A stretch of DNA of 64,000 nucleotides from Schizosaccharomyces osmophilus (taxonomy: Eukaryota). Both the position numbers and the translations under genes were made by a program. The stretch covers positions 1,426,001 through 1,490,000 of the forward strand of contig NC_079240.1 of NCBI RefSeq assembly GCF_027921745.1, given 5' to 3'. How positions within the stretch are numbered: the stretch's first letter is position 1; every line of letters starts with the position of its first letter. Below are positions 48,848-59,608 of this stretch, one piece after another. The notes beneath the pieces were generated by a model. It made no database searches and was not told where the DNA came from. It saw nothing but the letters and a program-made list of their open reading frames with translations.

Positions 48848-50660
48848 CTAAACAGGCTTTTGCTTATCTTCATTCGCACGATATGAAGTCTCATCATCAC
48901 TTTCATCGTCTACAGCAAAGAGAGCTTGATGTTCATCTGCGTTTCCAGTCCTTGCGCCATGCTGAGCTTCTGAATTAGACTGCTCTTGATACATGGGCAA
49001 ACTTTCGTGAGAGACTGAGGACGTCATTTCAAATTCATCAACGTCTTGAGCAACTTGTTCACTCATAGCAAAACGACGGTTATTCTCAGTAGGTCTCCAA
49101 ATATACAAGATGGTTACCATCAAAAAGAAAGAAAGAATGTCGGCATAACCGTAATCTAAGAACCAAAGTAACTTCCAGTACTTCAAATAGTAGTTCATTT
49201 GACCATTGATACCAATTAAAACAGCATTAGCAATAACAATTGCTCCGTAGGCAATTATACCAAAGCAGATAACCACCCATAAACGAGTATACATTTGAGC
49301 CTTTACAGTTTGCTTACGCAAACGAAGGTCTTGAATTGTATTATTCAAAGCCAAAACAATCCAAAAAAACATGGCGAAAATGGTGAACAAAAATATCGGA
49401 GCAGCAAACATTAGGACAAAAGACTCTTGGTTGTTTGGACTAACAAACAATGAAGTAAGGAAAAAACTTAAAGCAACGAATTGAAGGCCTCCAAGAATTT
49501 GGCATTTTCGAAGAAGGCTGCCAAGAGTTGGGACAACGATTGAATAACCCAAGGAGACAATTAGAACGAGAAATCCGAAATACGATTGGCGAGCTGCCTG
49601 AAAGATAGATAAAAAGAAGGCAAATACTTTGCTTGAATTCGTATAACCGTTTGCATTGGCATAGAAGAAGTATCCAGAAGAAATGAAACCACATGCCAAA
49701 GAAAGTGCAACGACGCCTGAAATATACTTTTGGATCTGTAAAAGATCATGTCTGTAGCGAAGCATAACAAATGACCACCAAATAGCTACAATTACATTCA
49801 TAATGAGCAAGACGGGATTCAAAAACAAATGGGGATATTCGGTAGCATCAAGCTCACCAAAATAGTTTTCCCAAGTAACGCTAATAGTATACATCTCTTT
49901 AGCGCCTTCCAATGGCGCAGTGAAGACACAATACAAGCCTGTCTCAACCACGGGGTAGACAAAAGGTGAATCCATTGCTTTGGCGTTTATGAAATCAGAA
50001 AAGACAGAGCCATGAGATTTAACATCATCCACCAAATAAAGCCCATATTGCTCTTCAGTGCACATATCGGCTTCTATTTCAGGATAATCGCAAATATAAT
50101 GGCGTTCCTTGTCTTCACCGACCAAACCCACTGCATCAACTTCTTTCCAATTAAAAATTAACAAGCGAATTGCACCGTCAAAACTCGATTGCAGCTCATC
50201 GACGTTTACTAAAGAAAAGAGGTTAGTTGAGGAGCAAACTTTTTGAAAACCTGGTGCAGCATGGCGGTTGTGCTGGAAGTACGTGACATTTCACAATCCA
50301 AAAAGCCTTGAATAACACCTTTCGATTATTCAAAAGGCATATAACTTTTAAGCTATCGCAAACTAGAAGTCAATCAACCTAGTTTCCCTAATAAAACTTA
50401 TTGATTGATTACCCGGCAACCTACCACCTTAAACACGTACATTTAATCTCTGAAACGCTTCCATCTTTGGCATACATTCCATTGCAAATTTGAGATGCCA
50501 TAATATCTTCCGTCTAACGGTTACAATGTTAGCAATCCAATTTTTCCAAGTATGTAACACAGACTGGACTTACCAAGAGGCTTTTATTGTCTGATGCATA
50601 AGCAAGTATGCTTTGCATACAAACTAAACACCCAACCAGCAATAATCTGAGAATTGGCAT
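48848..50660 (-). CDS. Ptm1/GPR107-like (lung 7TM/GOST family) seven-TM protein; 3 exons
   Basis: Exons 50660-50574 (signal peptide), 50513-50441, 50208-48848. YPVVETGLYCV, HDLLQIQKYI, VSLGYSIV, LRKQTVKAQMY, WRPTENNRRFAMSEQVAQD. Confidence 0.88.
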
Positions 50661-51009
50661 TTTCTGTATATGGCTCTTTACAGGTTTTAGACGTTTCTTG
50701 TTGATATGAACCGTCGCTGACGTTTGCAAAATTTATCTGACCTCACTATCATCGATAGCGAACTTTGAAACCTACGCTAGTAAACATATGTCGGGACTTA
50801 ATTGAACGAGTTGTAAGCTAGAATAATGTTCTTAATTTGTATCTCATGGGTGAACAGATGCAAGTAGATAAATACTTTTATAAAAACTTTAAAGTTTCAG
50901 ACAACTGAGAAGAAATAAATTGTAAAGTAATATGCATGATTATTTTATGCCAAAAAGTATGCTAATTGTATCGTATCTAAATATTTATAATACTCAGTAA
51001 ATCAACTTT

Positions 51010-51978
51010 TTAAATTGATTCAGTACAGTTCAAAGAGAACTTGGGGACGCGGTTACTATAGTAAGCACCGAAGTGGGGTTCGACGTTGCTATCGGCACCC
51101 TTGTAAGGCTCATCAAAGGCTTCAAAGTAATAAATGTCAATGCCTTTCTTCATAACTTGGCATAAAGCATCGTGGAAAAATTGCTTGGCAATGTCAACAG
51201 ATGTTTGGGCTTCACCATAATTAGGACCTCCAGTAGGCCAGCCAGTTTCACCAACCAAGAATGTCACATTGTTTGTGCCCTTGACATGTTGAACACGCTC
51301 CAAAGCAGTAAGAGTATCGGAAACAAAAGTGTTCGTCATGTTGCTAGTATTCTGACCTTGCCAATAAGGGAAGTCATTAGCCATGATAAAATCACTAGCT
51401 TGGATGGCAGCATCACCAGAGCCAGCAGCCCAGAGGTTCCAGCTGTCGGATGTACCGACAGGCACATCAAAGCCATAACTCTTTACAAGACCACGAACGT
51501 CGTTAATACGGTCACCGAGGGCATTAGCGCTAAGGTCGTTTCTGTACAAGACTTCTGATCCAACGGTAATACCCTTTATATTACGAACGCCGTACTTGGG
51601 TAAAAATTGGGATAAAGCACTCTTCTCTTGGGCATAGTGTGCATCATCTGTGGGCCAGACACCAACGTATAGACTGAAATTGTGGGAAGCTTGAGACAAA
51701 GCAGGTAACAGATTTTGCAGAGTGTTGCAATCGCTCGTAGCGTACGTACGTACGCTGGCCGAGTAATTAGCCAATGCATTCAAGTCGGCCAAATATTCGT
51801 CAGTTGTCTTGCAGCCGCCATTGGGATTCTTTGCACCAAGGCAGAAATTCAAGCTGCCATTATAATGTGACGCATCAGGGTTGTAAGAAGCCAATTCAGC
51901 TGCAGATCTGTTCACTGCAAAACCGACACTGGACAACAAAGCGAGAGCTGCAGTTAACACTGAAGGAATGAACATCAT
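51010..51978 (-). CDS. bgl2: GH17 beta-1,3-glucanase/glucanosyltransferase Bgl2
   Basis: Signal peptide, VGVWPTDDAH, ITVGSEVLYRND, MANDFPYWQG, VGETGWPT, FEAFDEP, VEPHFG. Confidence 0.93.
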   Translation of the reverse strand: MMFIPSVLTAALALLSSVGFAVNRSAAELASYNPDASHYNGSLNFCLGAKNPNGGCKTTDEYLADLNALANYSASVRTYATSDCNTLQNLLPALSQASHNFSLYVGVWPTDDAHYAQEKSALSQFLPKYGVRNIKGITVGSEVLYRNDLSANALGDRINDVRGLVKSYGFDVPVGTSDSWNLWAAGSGDAAIQASDFIMANDFPYWQGQNTSNMTNTFVSDTLTALERVQHVKGTNNVTFLVGETGWPTGGPNYGEAQTSVDIAKQFFHDALCQVMKKGIDIYYFEAFDEPYKGADSNVEPHFGAYYSNRVPKFSLNCTESI

Positions 51979-53014
51979 ATTTTGAAATTCGATGTCCTTG
52001 TTTTTTAGAAAAAATTAACACAAAGGACTGAAGTAAATGAAAGTATGCTTTATTTTAATAAATTTCCAAAAAGACCAGCTTAAAACTTCGAATCTTTCGG
52101 AGTTTTCTTTTTTGCTGAGACCTGCAGATTTACAATATTTATATTGATTTCGAGCAAAGTCATAGCGGATAAATTTTCACTTCCAACGTCTATGATTTTC
52201 ATTTTCTCGACGGCAATTATGATCGCCATCATACAATCGCTCATTTCTTCACTATGGCTTTGGTGGCCATTTCATTTTTATATTACGTGAATCCATATTT
52301 TTGAATCCACAAAAAAATAAAGAAAATTATCAGTATCCACACAGAGTCCAACTTGTCTTGGATCGTTTACTGTTGAATTTGCTTCTCCGGCAAAAATGCC
52401 TTGCTTTTTTTGTTTGTGGACACCTTTTCAAGGACGTTGAAATAATTTTGCTTGTCGATTTCGGAGAACATTTAAAACACAATAATAATGATAATGAATA
52501 AATAAATCATCAATATAATTCTTTCCAATAATACCACCTAAAGAAAGCGATCGATTCCTTTCTTAAAGAAGAACAACCTTTTGCAAAGGTCAGTCATAAT
52601 TTTGTAATAGCTAATCCACAAACGTGATCGTATATTATCAGCCATAACGAGATGTGAATGATCGCTGGCGAAAATCCAATCCGATTTGTAATGCTTCAGC
52701 GTTTTGTTGGTATAATTCCCTTACATATCGGGAATCCATTGGTTTGAAGAATCAATTTTCAAAATTCCGTTTGAATCAACTCCAATTTGAGTTTAGATTT
52801 CACCAATTGGATTGAATTCGTATTTATAAAAATCTATATCCCGTTTCGTTTTAACAATTGTAGATAGATAATATGAGCAAATTGCATTTTTAATTCAATT
52901 TCTATCGGCGTATAAAAACTTTTTCAATTTAGAAAAATGAAGGATCAATCATTTCATGGGAACTTAATAAGAAAATAAAAATAATTTTACCAATTAAGCT
53001 TAGACATACGTAAA

Positions 53015-54121
53015 TTAAGCAATCTTTACGGAAGACGAAGTTTTTGAACTCTTATAGGCAGCTTCAATAATCTTTTCCACTGTTAAGACTTGCTCAGGAA
53101 GAACGGAAATAGCAGAAGACTTGCCAGACAAAGTATGATAGACTTCTTCATATAATGCGCGGTAATTTCCGGTAGTGGTAGGCACGGTACTCAAAGCAGG
53201 GTCAGGAAGTGCTTTCACATCGGCGTCAATGGGAACCGTCCATAGCTTGGCATAGTTTTCAGATGATTCTTGACCATAACCTCCTTCTGAAGGTTTCATT
53301 CCCTTGTTAAGTTGGCTTTCTTGGGGATCAGAGCCAAATTTTAGGAATGTACCTCGGGTACCTTTAATGCAGTAACGGAACGAGACACCACAAGAAACGC
53401 TACTGGAGCGCAAGATCACCTCAATGGGAAGCTTGCCTTCCTTGGCGGGATAGTGCAAAACAATGGTAAAATTGTCTTCTACTTCCAAAGGAGGAATTTG
53501 ACGTTGGCATAACACTTTTCCGGTCACAGATTCAGGAACACCAAATAGATAAACTGCTTGATCAATTAAATGAGCTCCCAAATCATAAACTAAGCCAGAA
53601 CCTGGACTGGGCACATCTTTCCAGTTCCCCTTACGGAAGAGACGAAAACGGTCAATGTGAGATTCAAATTCAACAACGTCACCCAAGCGACCGCTGTCGA
53701 TAACGCTTTTTGCGGTTAAAAAGTCACCATCCCAACGACGATTTTGGTAAATCGCCAACAAGAGATTCTTGGACTTGGCTAACTCAAACAATTGTTTTGC
53801 TTCTTCGTATGTAGGTGTAAATGGCTTTTCACAAATTACATGCTTTCCTGCATTCAACGCGGCAGTAACTGCGGCCACATGAGCGTCGGGAGGAAGAGAT
53901 ACGACCACCAACTCTACGTTCGAGTCGGCCAAAAGATCGTTCAGTTGAGTATACACTTTGATGTTGGGGTATGCGCTACGTGCTTTGGAGTGTTCAGGAG
54001 TTGCACGACGCTCCCAGGCAGCATAGATTTCGTATTTTTCCGGCAATGTTTCCAAGAAAGGGTAATGGAATATAAAGGCAGACATGCCTGTTCCAAGGAC
54101 TGCAGTTTTAATAGGACTCAT
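53015..54121 (-). CDS. Gfo/Idh/MocA family NAD(P)-dependent oxidoreductase
   Basis: GTGMSAFIFH, GKHVICEKP, YQNRRWDGDF, YDLGAHLIDQA. Confidence 0.93.
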   Translation of the reverse strand: MSPIKTAVLGTGMSAFIFHYPFLETLPEKYEIYAAWERRATPEHSKARSAYPNIKVYTQLNDLLADSNVELVVVSLPPDAHVAAVTAALNAGKHVICEKPFTPTYEEAKQLFELAKSKNLLLAIYQNRRWDGDFLTAKSVIDSGRLGDVVEFESHIDRFRLFRKGNWKDVPSPGSGLVYDLGAHLIDQAVYLFGVPESVTGKVLCQRQIPPLEVEDNFTIVLHYPAKEGKLPIEVILRSSSVSCGVSFRYCIKGTRGTFLKFGSDPQESQLNKGMKPSEGGYGQESSENYAKLWTVPIDADVKALPDPALSTVPTTTGNYRALYEEVYHTLSGKSSAISVLPEQVLTVEKIIEAAYKSSKTSSSVKIA

Positions 54122-54774
54122 AATTTGTAAATATAATTTCGTGATAAGAAGAATGAATGTAGTGGTTATTTATTGACAGTGGTAAGGATACTTGGACGGC
54201 CTATATTGTTGGGTTACTTCAGTTACGTTATGTCCATGTTACTCCAACAAGATACAAGCATCACTTTTTCTAAAAGTAGCTCAACTAGGAGTCTCGCCGA
54301 TCGCTGAATAAATGAAAAAGGCAGGAATTCAAAGAAAAGAACATGTTTCCAAGATACTTGACTCCCATCTTCCACTATATCAGATCACTAACGAAAAACT
54401 ACTTCCCTTGTAGACTACAAGGCATTGTGCAAACAGACAAAGGTAAAAGCAATCCAACATTGATGGGGTCGTTTGTATTACAATCGTGAGTTTTATTCTA
54501 TTCAACTTACAAAGCTCTCTTTCTGCAATGCATCATTTAACGTCTGTGATTTCATTTTTATTTGACCTATCCATCCATTAAGAAAATCGTAATAACAAGA
54601 AACATGCATGAGTATCAATGACAAAAAAACAGAAACATCCATCTTCATAACCATGCTTCTTGAATGGCATGCAAAGGAATCGTCTATCCTTCTATATAGG
54701 CATTACCACCACGGTAACCAAATAAAAAACGATTATATTTTTGCACCCACTACGTATACACGCGACTACCCAAC

Positions 54775-55254
54775 TTAAGAGCTGGAGGGAGCCTCACGAA
54801 CGCTGAGGGGGATCTCATCACCCATGGCAGAGACGACAGAGACAATCAAGTCCTTGCCCTCCTCGAAACCTTCTTCAATTTGTTGACCAATTTCACCTTC
54901 AGGAAGACGGACATCGTCCTTGGTGCTACCGTCGGGAGTCATGAGGGACAAGAAGCCGTCGTCAATGAGGACTAATTGGTAGTCGTCACGCTTAACGACG
55001 GGTACTTCCATGTTGTGGGTGGAAGGAGACACGTCTTCGTACTTACGGCCGGTGAAAATATCAATGGCAACAATGTTGACCTTGGCGTGACCGTGCTTAC
55101 CGGTCTTGGAGGTGGACATTTCCACAATTTTGCAAGGGCGGCCCTTGATGACAACGTGGCCGTTCTTACGCAAAGAAGAGCATTGGGTAGGGAAAGTCAA
55201 AGAGGCACCGGCTTCACCACCTTCAAAGTCGATCTGGTGTTCTTCTTCAGCCAT
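54775..55254 (-). CDS. tif51: Translation factor eIF5A
   Basis: Hypusine motif [12 protein letters not shown]. Confidence 0.97.
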   Translation of the reverse strand: MAEEEHQIDFEGGEAGASLTFPTQCSSLRKNGHVVIKGRPCKIVEMSTSKTGKHGHAKVNIVAIDIFTGRKYEDVSPSTHNMEVPVVKRDDYQLVLIDDGFLSLMTPDGSTKDDVRLPEGEIGQQIEEGFEEGKDLIVSVVSAMGDEIPLSVREAPSSS

Positions 55255-55359
55255 TTTTCTGTAGTTTCACAAAAAGAAAGAATTCAAAAAAGTTAAGACC
55301 AGGTTTGAAAACAAAGCTTTCAACTTGGTTCAGAGAGGTGAAAATCGAGGGATTCCAAC

Positions 55360-55561
55360 TATATATATAGAATTAGTGACCACATCTGCACTTTTATATA
55401 ATTGGACAAAAAATTGACATAGTTCCCAATGAAGTACATCAAGCACAAACGATACCTTTTTTTAGCCAATCCAAGGTAAGTACATCGTTAGAAAAAATAT
55501 TTTAGCCAATTATATTGAACGATTAAGCTTTGGCTACTATAAGTTAGAAGGTGATTGGCTA
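55360..55561 (-). promoter_or_regulatory. TATA box plus CCAAT-box cluster upstream of eIF5A
   Basis: TATATATATA 55360-55369; TAGCCAAT at 55463 and 55503 and inverted at 55554; further CCAAT/ATTGG at 55401 and 55426. Confidence 0.55.
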
Positions 55562-56107
55562 TTCAATTCTCGCTATTTTTGAACAGTTCCAGCAAAAAAA
55601 GTAAAAAAAAAAAAAATTGAATCATTCCTCGTTCCAGTGTGTTAAATTTATATACATGTTTTGGTAAGTCTCGTAAAAAAATGTTACTATTCTACAAACG
55701 TATTACCGTAAATGGAAATTTCGCAAGTGTAGCTTATACGCAATATTTTATAACGTAGTTTAGCACGAAATAGTCGTTGCGTTTATCGTATAGAAGGAAT
55801 CGAAAAGGAAGCAGGTTGTAAAGCACAACGATTTCGAACACTCTGAAAGACAGGAAACAGGCGGCAACCCCTTTCTATTAAGAGAAATTGCTGTTCGGTT
55901 ATTGAATTGGATCCTGTTTTTATCCTCATAACCTCTGTCTGTCTTGTTTCGAGTAGAAACTTAGTTTTGCCAGCCGCCTGGTACTGACTGGCCTTACGAA
56001 AGAAGTGATTCGTACATTTCATTTTTATGTTTTAGAGTTCGTGTAATCTTTTTTTTTTTGTTATTTTGAGTTCCCCTTTTTGTTTGGTCTCTAGTCGGCG
56101 TTTTGTT

Positions 56108-56149
56108 TTGTTTACTTTTCGCTTTGTCATTAATATCTTGTGTAAACAA
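56108..56149. promoter_or_regulatory. Two FLEX/forkhead (GTAAACAA) elements upstream of mug56
   Basis: TTGTTTAC 56108-56115 and GTAAACAA 56142-56149, consistent with Mei4-type mid-meiotic control of a sporulation gene. Confidence 0.55.
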
Positions 56150-56292
56150 TACAAGGATTTAAAGCTGCTGATTTCCTCGTTGTTTCATCTAAAAGGATTT
56201 TACAAGAAAAGTAAACTTGTATTTATTAAAATATCTTTATTTATCTTAGTCTTCGTTGTAAGCTAATAGCTTTTGCCCAATTTGACAATGCA

Positions 56293-59108
56293 ATGAGTGA
56301 AAGAGAAGGTGATACTGCTTGGCTCAACCAAACATCCGTTGAACATTTAAGCTGCTTGACGAATCGTCTATTCATTGGTCCTATTCCGACGAATTTCCTT
56401 TCTGGGTCCACTGGTTTTTGGAAAAAGCGATTCCAAAACTACTCTCGGCACCAGGCCTCTTATGATATTTCCGTTGAACCTTCCGTAAACCATAAACTCT
56501 TCCAGCGGTTGCATACTCGTGTGAATAGATCCGTCGATGAAGTTTCCATGAGCAGAATCCATTCATATGCCTCTACCAATCGAGCATCCCTCGACTTGCC
56601 TCGGGCTCCATTGACTAGTCATCGTACAAATAATCGTGTTCGCTCCTCCCACTTATCCAAACGAGACTCCCTTGCTCTATCCCAAAATTCTAATAACCGC
56701 GATTCTACCCTCATACCCTACTCTTCCGATACTGCTCGTGTTCGTTCTTCTTTCGACGTGCACCGTCCTAATACCGCCGTGAGTTATCAAACCTTTCAAT
56801 CTCGCCAGTCACTTGACCGACGATCTTCAACTCCGCGTCATCTTCGATTTGCTTTAAGACAAAATAATCCTCGCGTCTTGGGCACAAGTGAACATCCCAA
56901 ACTTAGCGCTCCGTCTTCTGGCGTGGTTTTTCGGACTGAACAAGTTCTTTTGCGGGTCGAAACGTCTTCCAGCTTGATTCCTACTGATTTTAACGAGACG
57001 ATCGCTTCAAGGATTCCAAGAAAGACCATTCTTTCTTGGGCCCCATGTACAGTTGTAGCCGTAAAAACGTCCGAACAAGGGGCTATTCGTTTAGATTTTA
57101 TCGGTGAAAAATACATGAAAACTGTTGTTGACCGTTTATCAGAAGATGAGCCTGATCAGGAATCCTACCGGAAAAACTGCCTATTTTCTTTGTTTTTAAA
57201 TCCATCTTATACCTTTTGGAACATTTACAATTCATTCGATAACTCCTTGGCAATCTGGTCCCCTTACATAAAACACAAAACTTTTATTTTCCTTTTAAAT
57301 TTCCAGTACACCAGCTCAGCTTATGAATGGGTTGCCATCGTCAGCCGTGCATTGAATTTTACTCCCGGATCTTCTTTTTTCATTGCCGTTCCCGCGTTTC
57401 ATATTCAATTGCGTCTCAGCTTTACTAGTCCCGATTCTCAGTGTCTCAGAAATGCTCATTGCAGTTCTCCACAAAAAAATGAAGCAAATATGGACTCATC
57501 GGAGAAGGTTTCTCCTCAAACAATCCATGATAGAGTTTTAAAAAATTGGGAAGTTTCAGAGGCCGACTTTGTTGACTCATGCTTAAACGTTTTAAAGCTT
57601 AACCCCGAATGGTCTCAAATTGTAAAACAATGGTTCAAAATGCAAAATGTTGGCTTGTGCTGGAGAATGTATGATCGCATCAAATGGATTACAAACATAG
57701 ACAACCTCAGGTATGTGGGATTGTTGGCTGCCAAAGATATCTGCCAGCTTGAGTTACGACCTAAAAATCATTATCCGTCATTTGCTACATTTCGAAATGG
57801 GTCAAAAATGAAGGAGCCTGTGCCTTATGAAGGATACCTAATTCGCTTGACAACGAGTGCTGGACGAAGAGGTCGTTTTGGTAGACTGTTTCACAAGAAG
57901 CTATATTTTATGGTTTTTAATCACCTTCTACTTTCCATCGAACCCAGTTATGTTCTTCCTCTTGCCATTTTAGTCGAAAAATTCAAGAACCAAAATGATG
58001 CTCCATTTCTTCAACACTCGCAAATTGATGAGCATCAATGCTTATTTGATCCATTAAAAGAGGCTGGCGATACTATACCGTGGTTTGACAATAAGTTAGA
58101 CGATGCTACAAAAGACCATTTATTGTCTTTGCTTCAAACAGAAAGAAAGCGTGAGTCGGATATACTTTCTTCGGCGAATGGATTTTTAGATTTATCGAAA
58201 GTTAAACATGTTAAACCGGCAGCTAACGAAACTGACAATAACGTTTTTGAAGTACATATGGTGAACGGAATGTCTACATTATTCCAAAGCTATAATCAAA
58301 AAACAAGAGACATATGGATAGAAAAACTTGGAGCGACTGCAAGATATTGGAAACAGCGTCTGAATCTGGATTTACAAGAATTCTATGATGTCAGAGACAC
58401 AAATATTAACATATTGCATATTGACTCATCTATTGAGCCTGTTGTTGCTTCTCATAGTAATTATTGGGAAGTCTCGGAGTGTATGGCAAGTACACATATC
58501 CACAACTATTGCAACGTCCTAGGATGCAGGATCATTCGGGTAAGCATAATGATTTACTTAAAAATGCTAATTTATAATGTAGGCTCAAGGAGTGCTATAT
58601 ATGCGAACAGGAGATTTATATGAAAAGTGCTACGCTGTTCTTATTCCCGGAAAGATCATCTTTTTTCGGGATGCTACTAGGACGAGATTTGGTAAACTCC
58701 ACAGAAAAACGCACTTTCAAAAATTCTCCTCTATTTATTTCAAAAATGCCTACATATATACTGGATTTACGACAATCACCGAATTTTCCAAGAACCGACA
58801 AAAAAATGAAGGAACAAGCAATCGATTACCTAAATGTCATGAAGACGGCTGGAAGTCTTTTGATAAAGATGAGATGCTGTCTTTTGTTATATACTCGCAA
58901 TCTGAATTGGATTTCTCCTTGATGAATGCTTTTCCAGACGTCTATAAGGTTCCTTCAAAAAAACACAATAGAAAAGGAAACAAGTAAGTGCTATATTCAA
59001 GCTTTTAGCTAACATTAAAGGTTTATGTTTCTTGCTAGAACCAGGCAGGAACGTGATGTATGGGTAGAAAGGATTTCCAGTGAATTGAAACGGATTCCGA
59101 ACGATTAA
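56293..59108 (+). CDS. mug56: Spo71/Mug56-like PH-domain sporulation protein; 3 exons
   Basis: Exons 56293-58539, 58583-58983, 59021-59108 (introns GTAAGC..GCTAAT..TAG and GTAAGT..GCTAAC..AAG). RLFIGPIP, GLCWRMYDRIKW, LELRPKNHYP, EPVPYEGYLIRLT, and terminal FLARTRQERDVWV. Confidence 0.85.
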
Positions 59109-59608
59109 GCTTGAAACGATTTACCTATGATGATTTTGTATTTTTATTTTCGTCCATTAACTGGCAACCCTTAAGCTATATGAGAAGCAAATAATGGTAT
59201 TCTAATGTTTTTAGATAAAGCTTCATACGCTTATTGTATATATGATTATATGATTTTGTTTTTGTGTTCATCAGTTATAAATGTCGTCTTGTTGAATAAG
59301 TGAATGAAATAAGCAACACGCTTTTAGCTAACTCATCCCCTTCCTAGCTTTTCCACATGTTTATGTATTAGTTAATTTATTTATTATTGTATCCAAGGCT
59401 TATCCTTAACCAACAGGTAGAAAATTGACTTTTCTCTACATCAATTCTGTTTTTAGTTTAAGGTAACACTGTTACCTTCATAGTGAAAGTTGGAAGGACC
59501 ATTTTGCTTTAGGGTCTTTTAGCACGAGCCTGTAAAGTACGTCCAATCTCAAAGAGCCTTAAAGAAGTAGGTATCCACTTCAATAGCTGTATACTTATGC
59601 TCTGAAGG

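Noticed and set aside
54211..54243. GGGTTACTT and nearby GTTAC copies resembling fission-yeast telomeric repeats or a telomerase template
   Set aside because: Single short match in a promoter, with no tandem array or TER-like context; compatible with chance.
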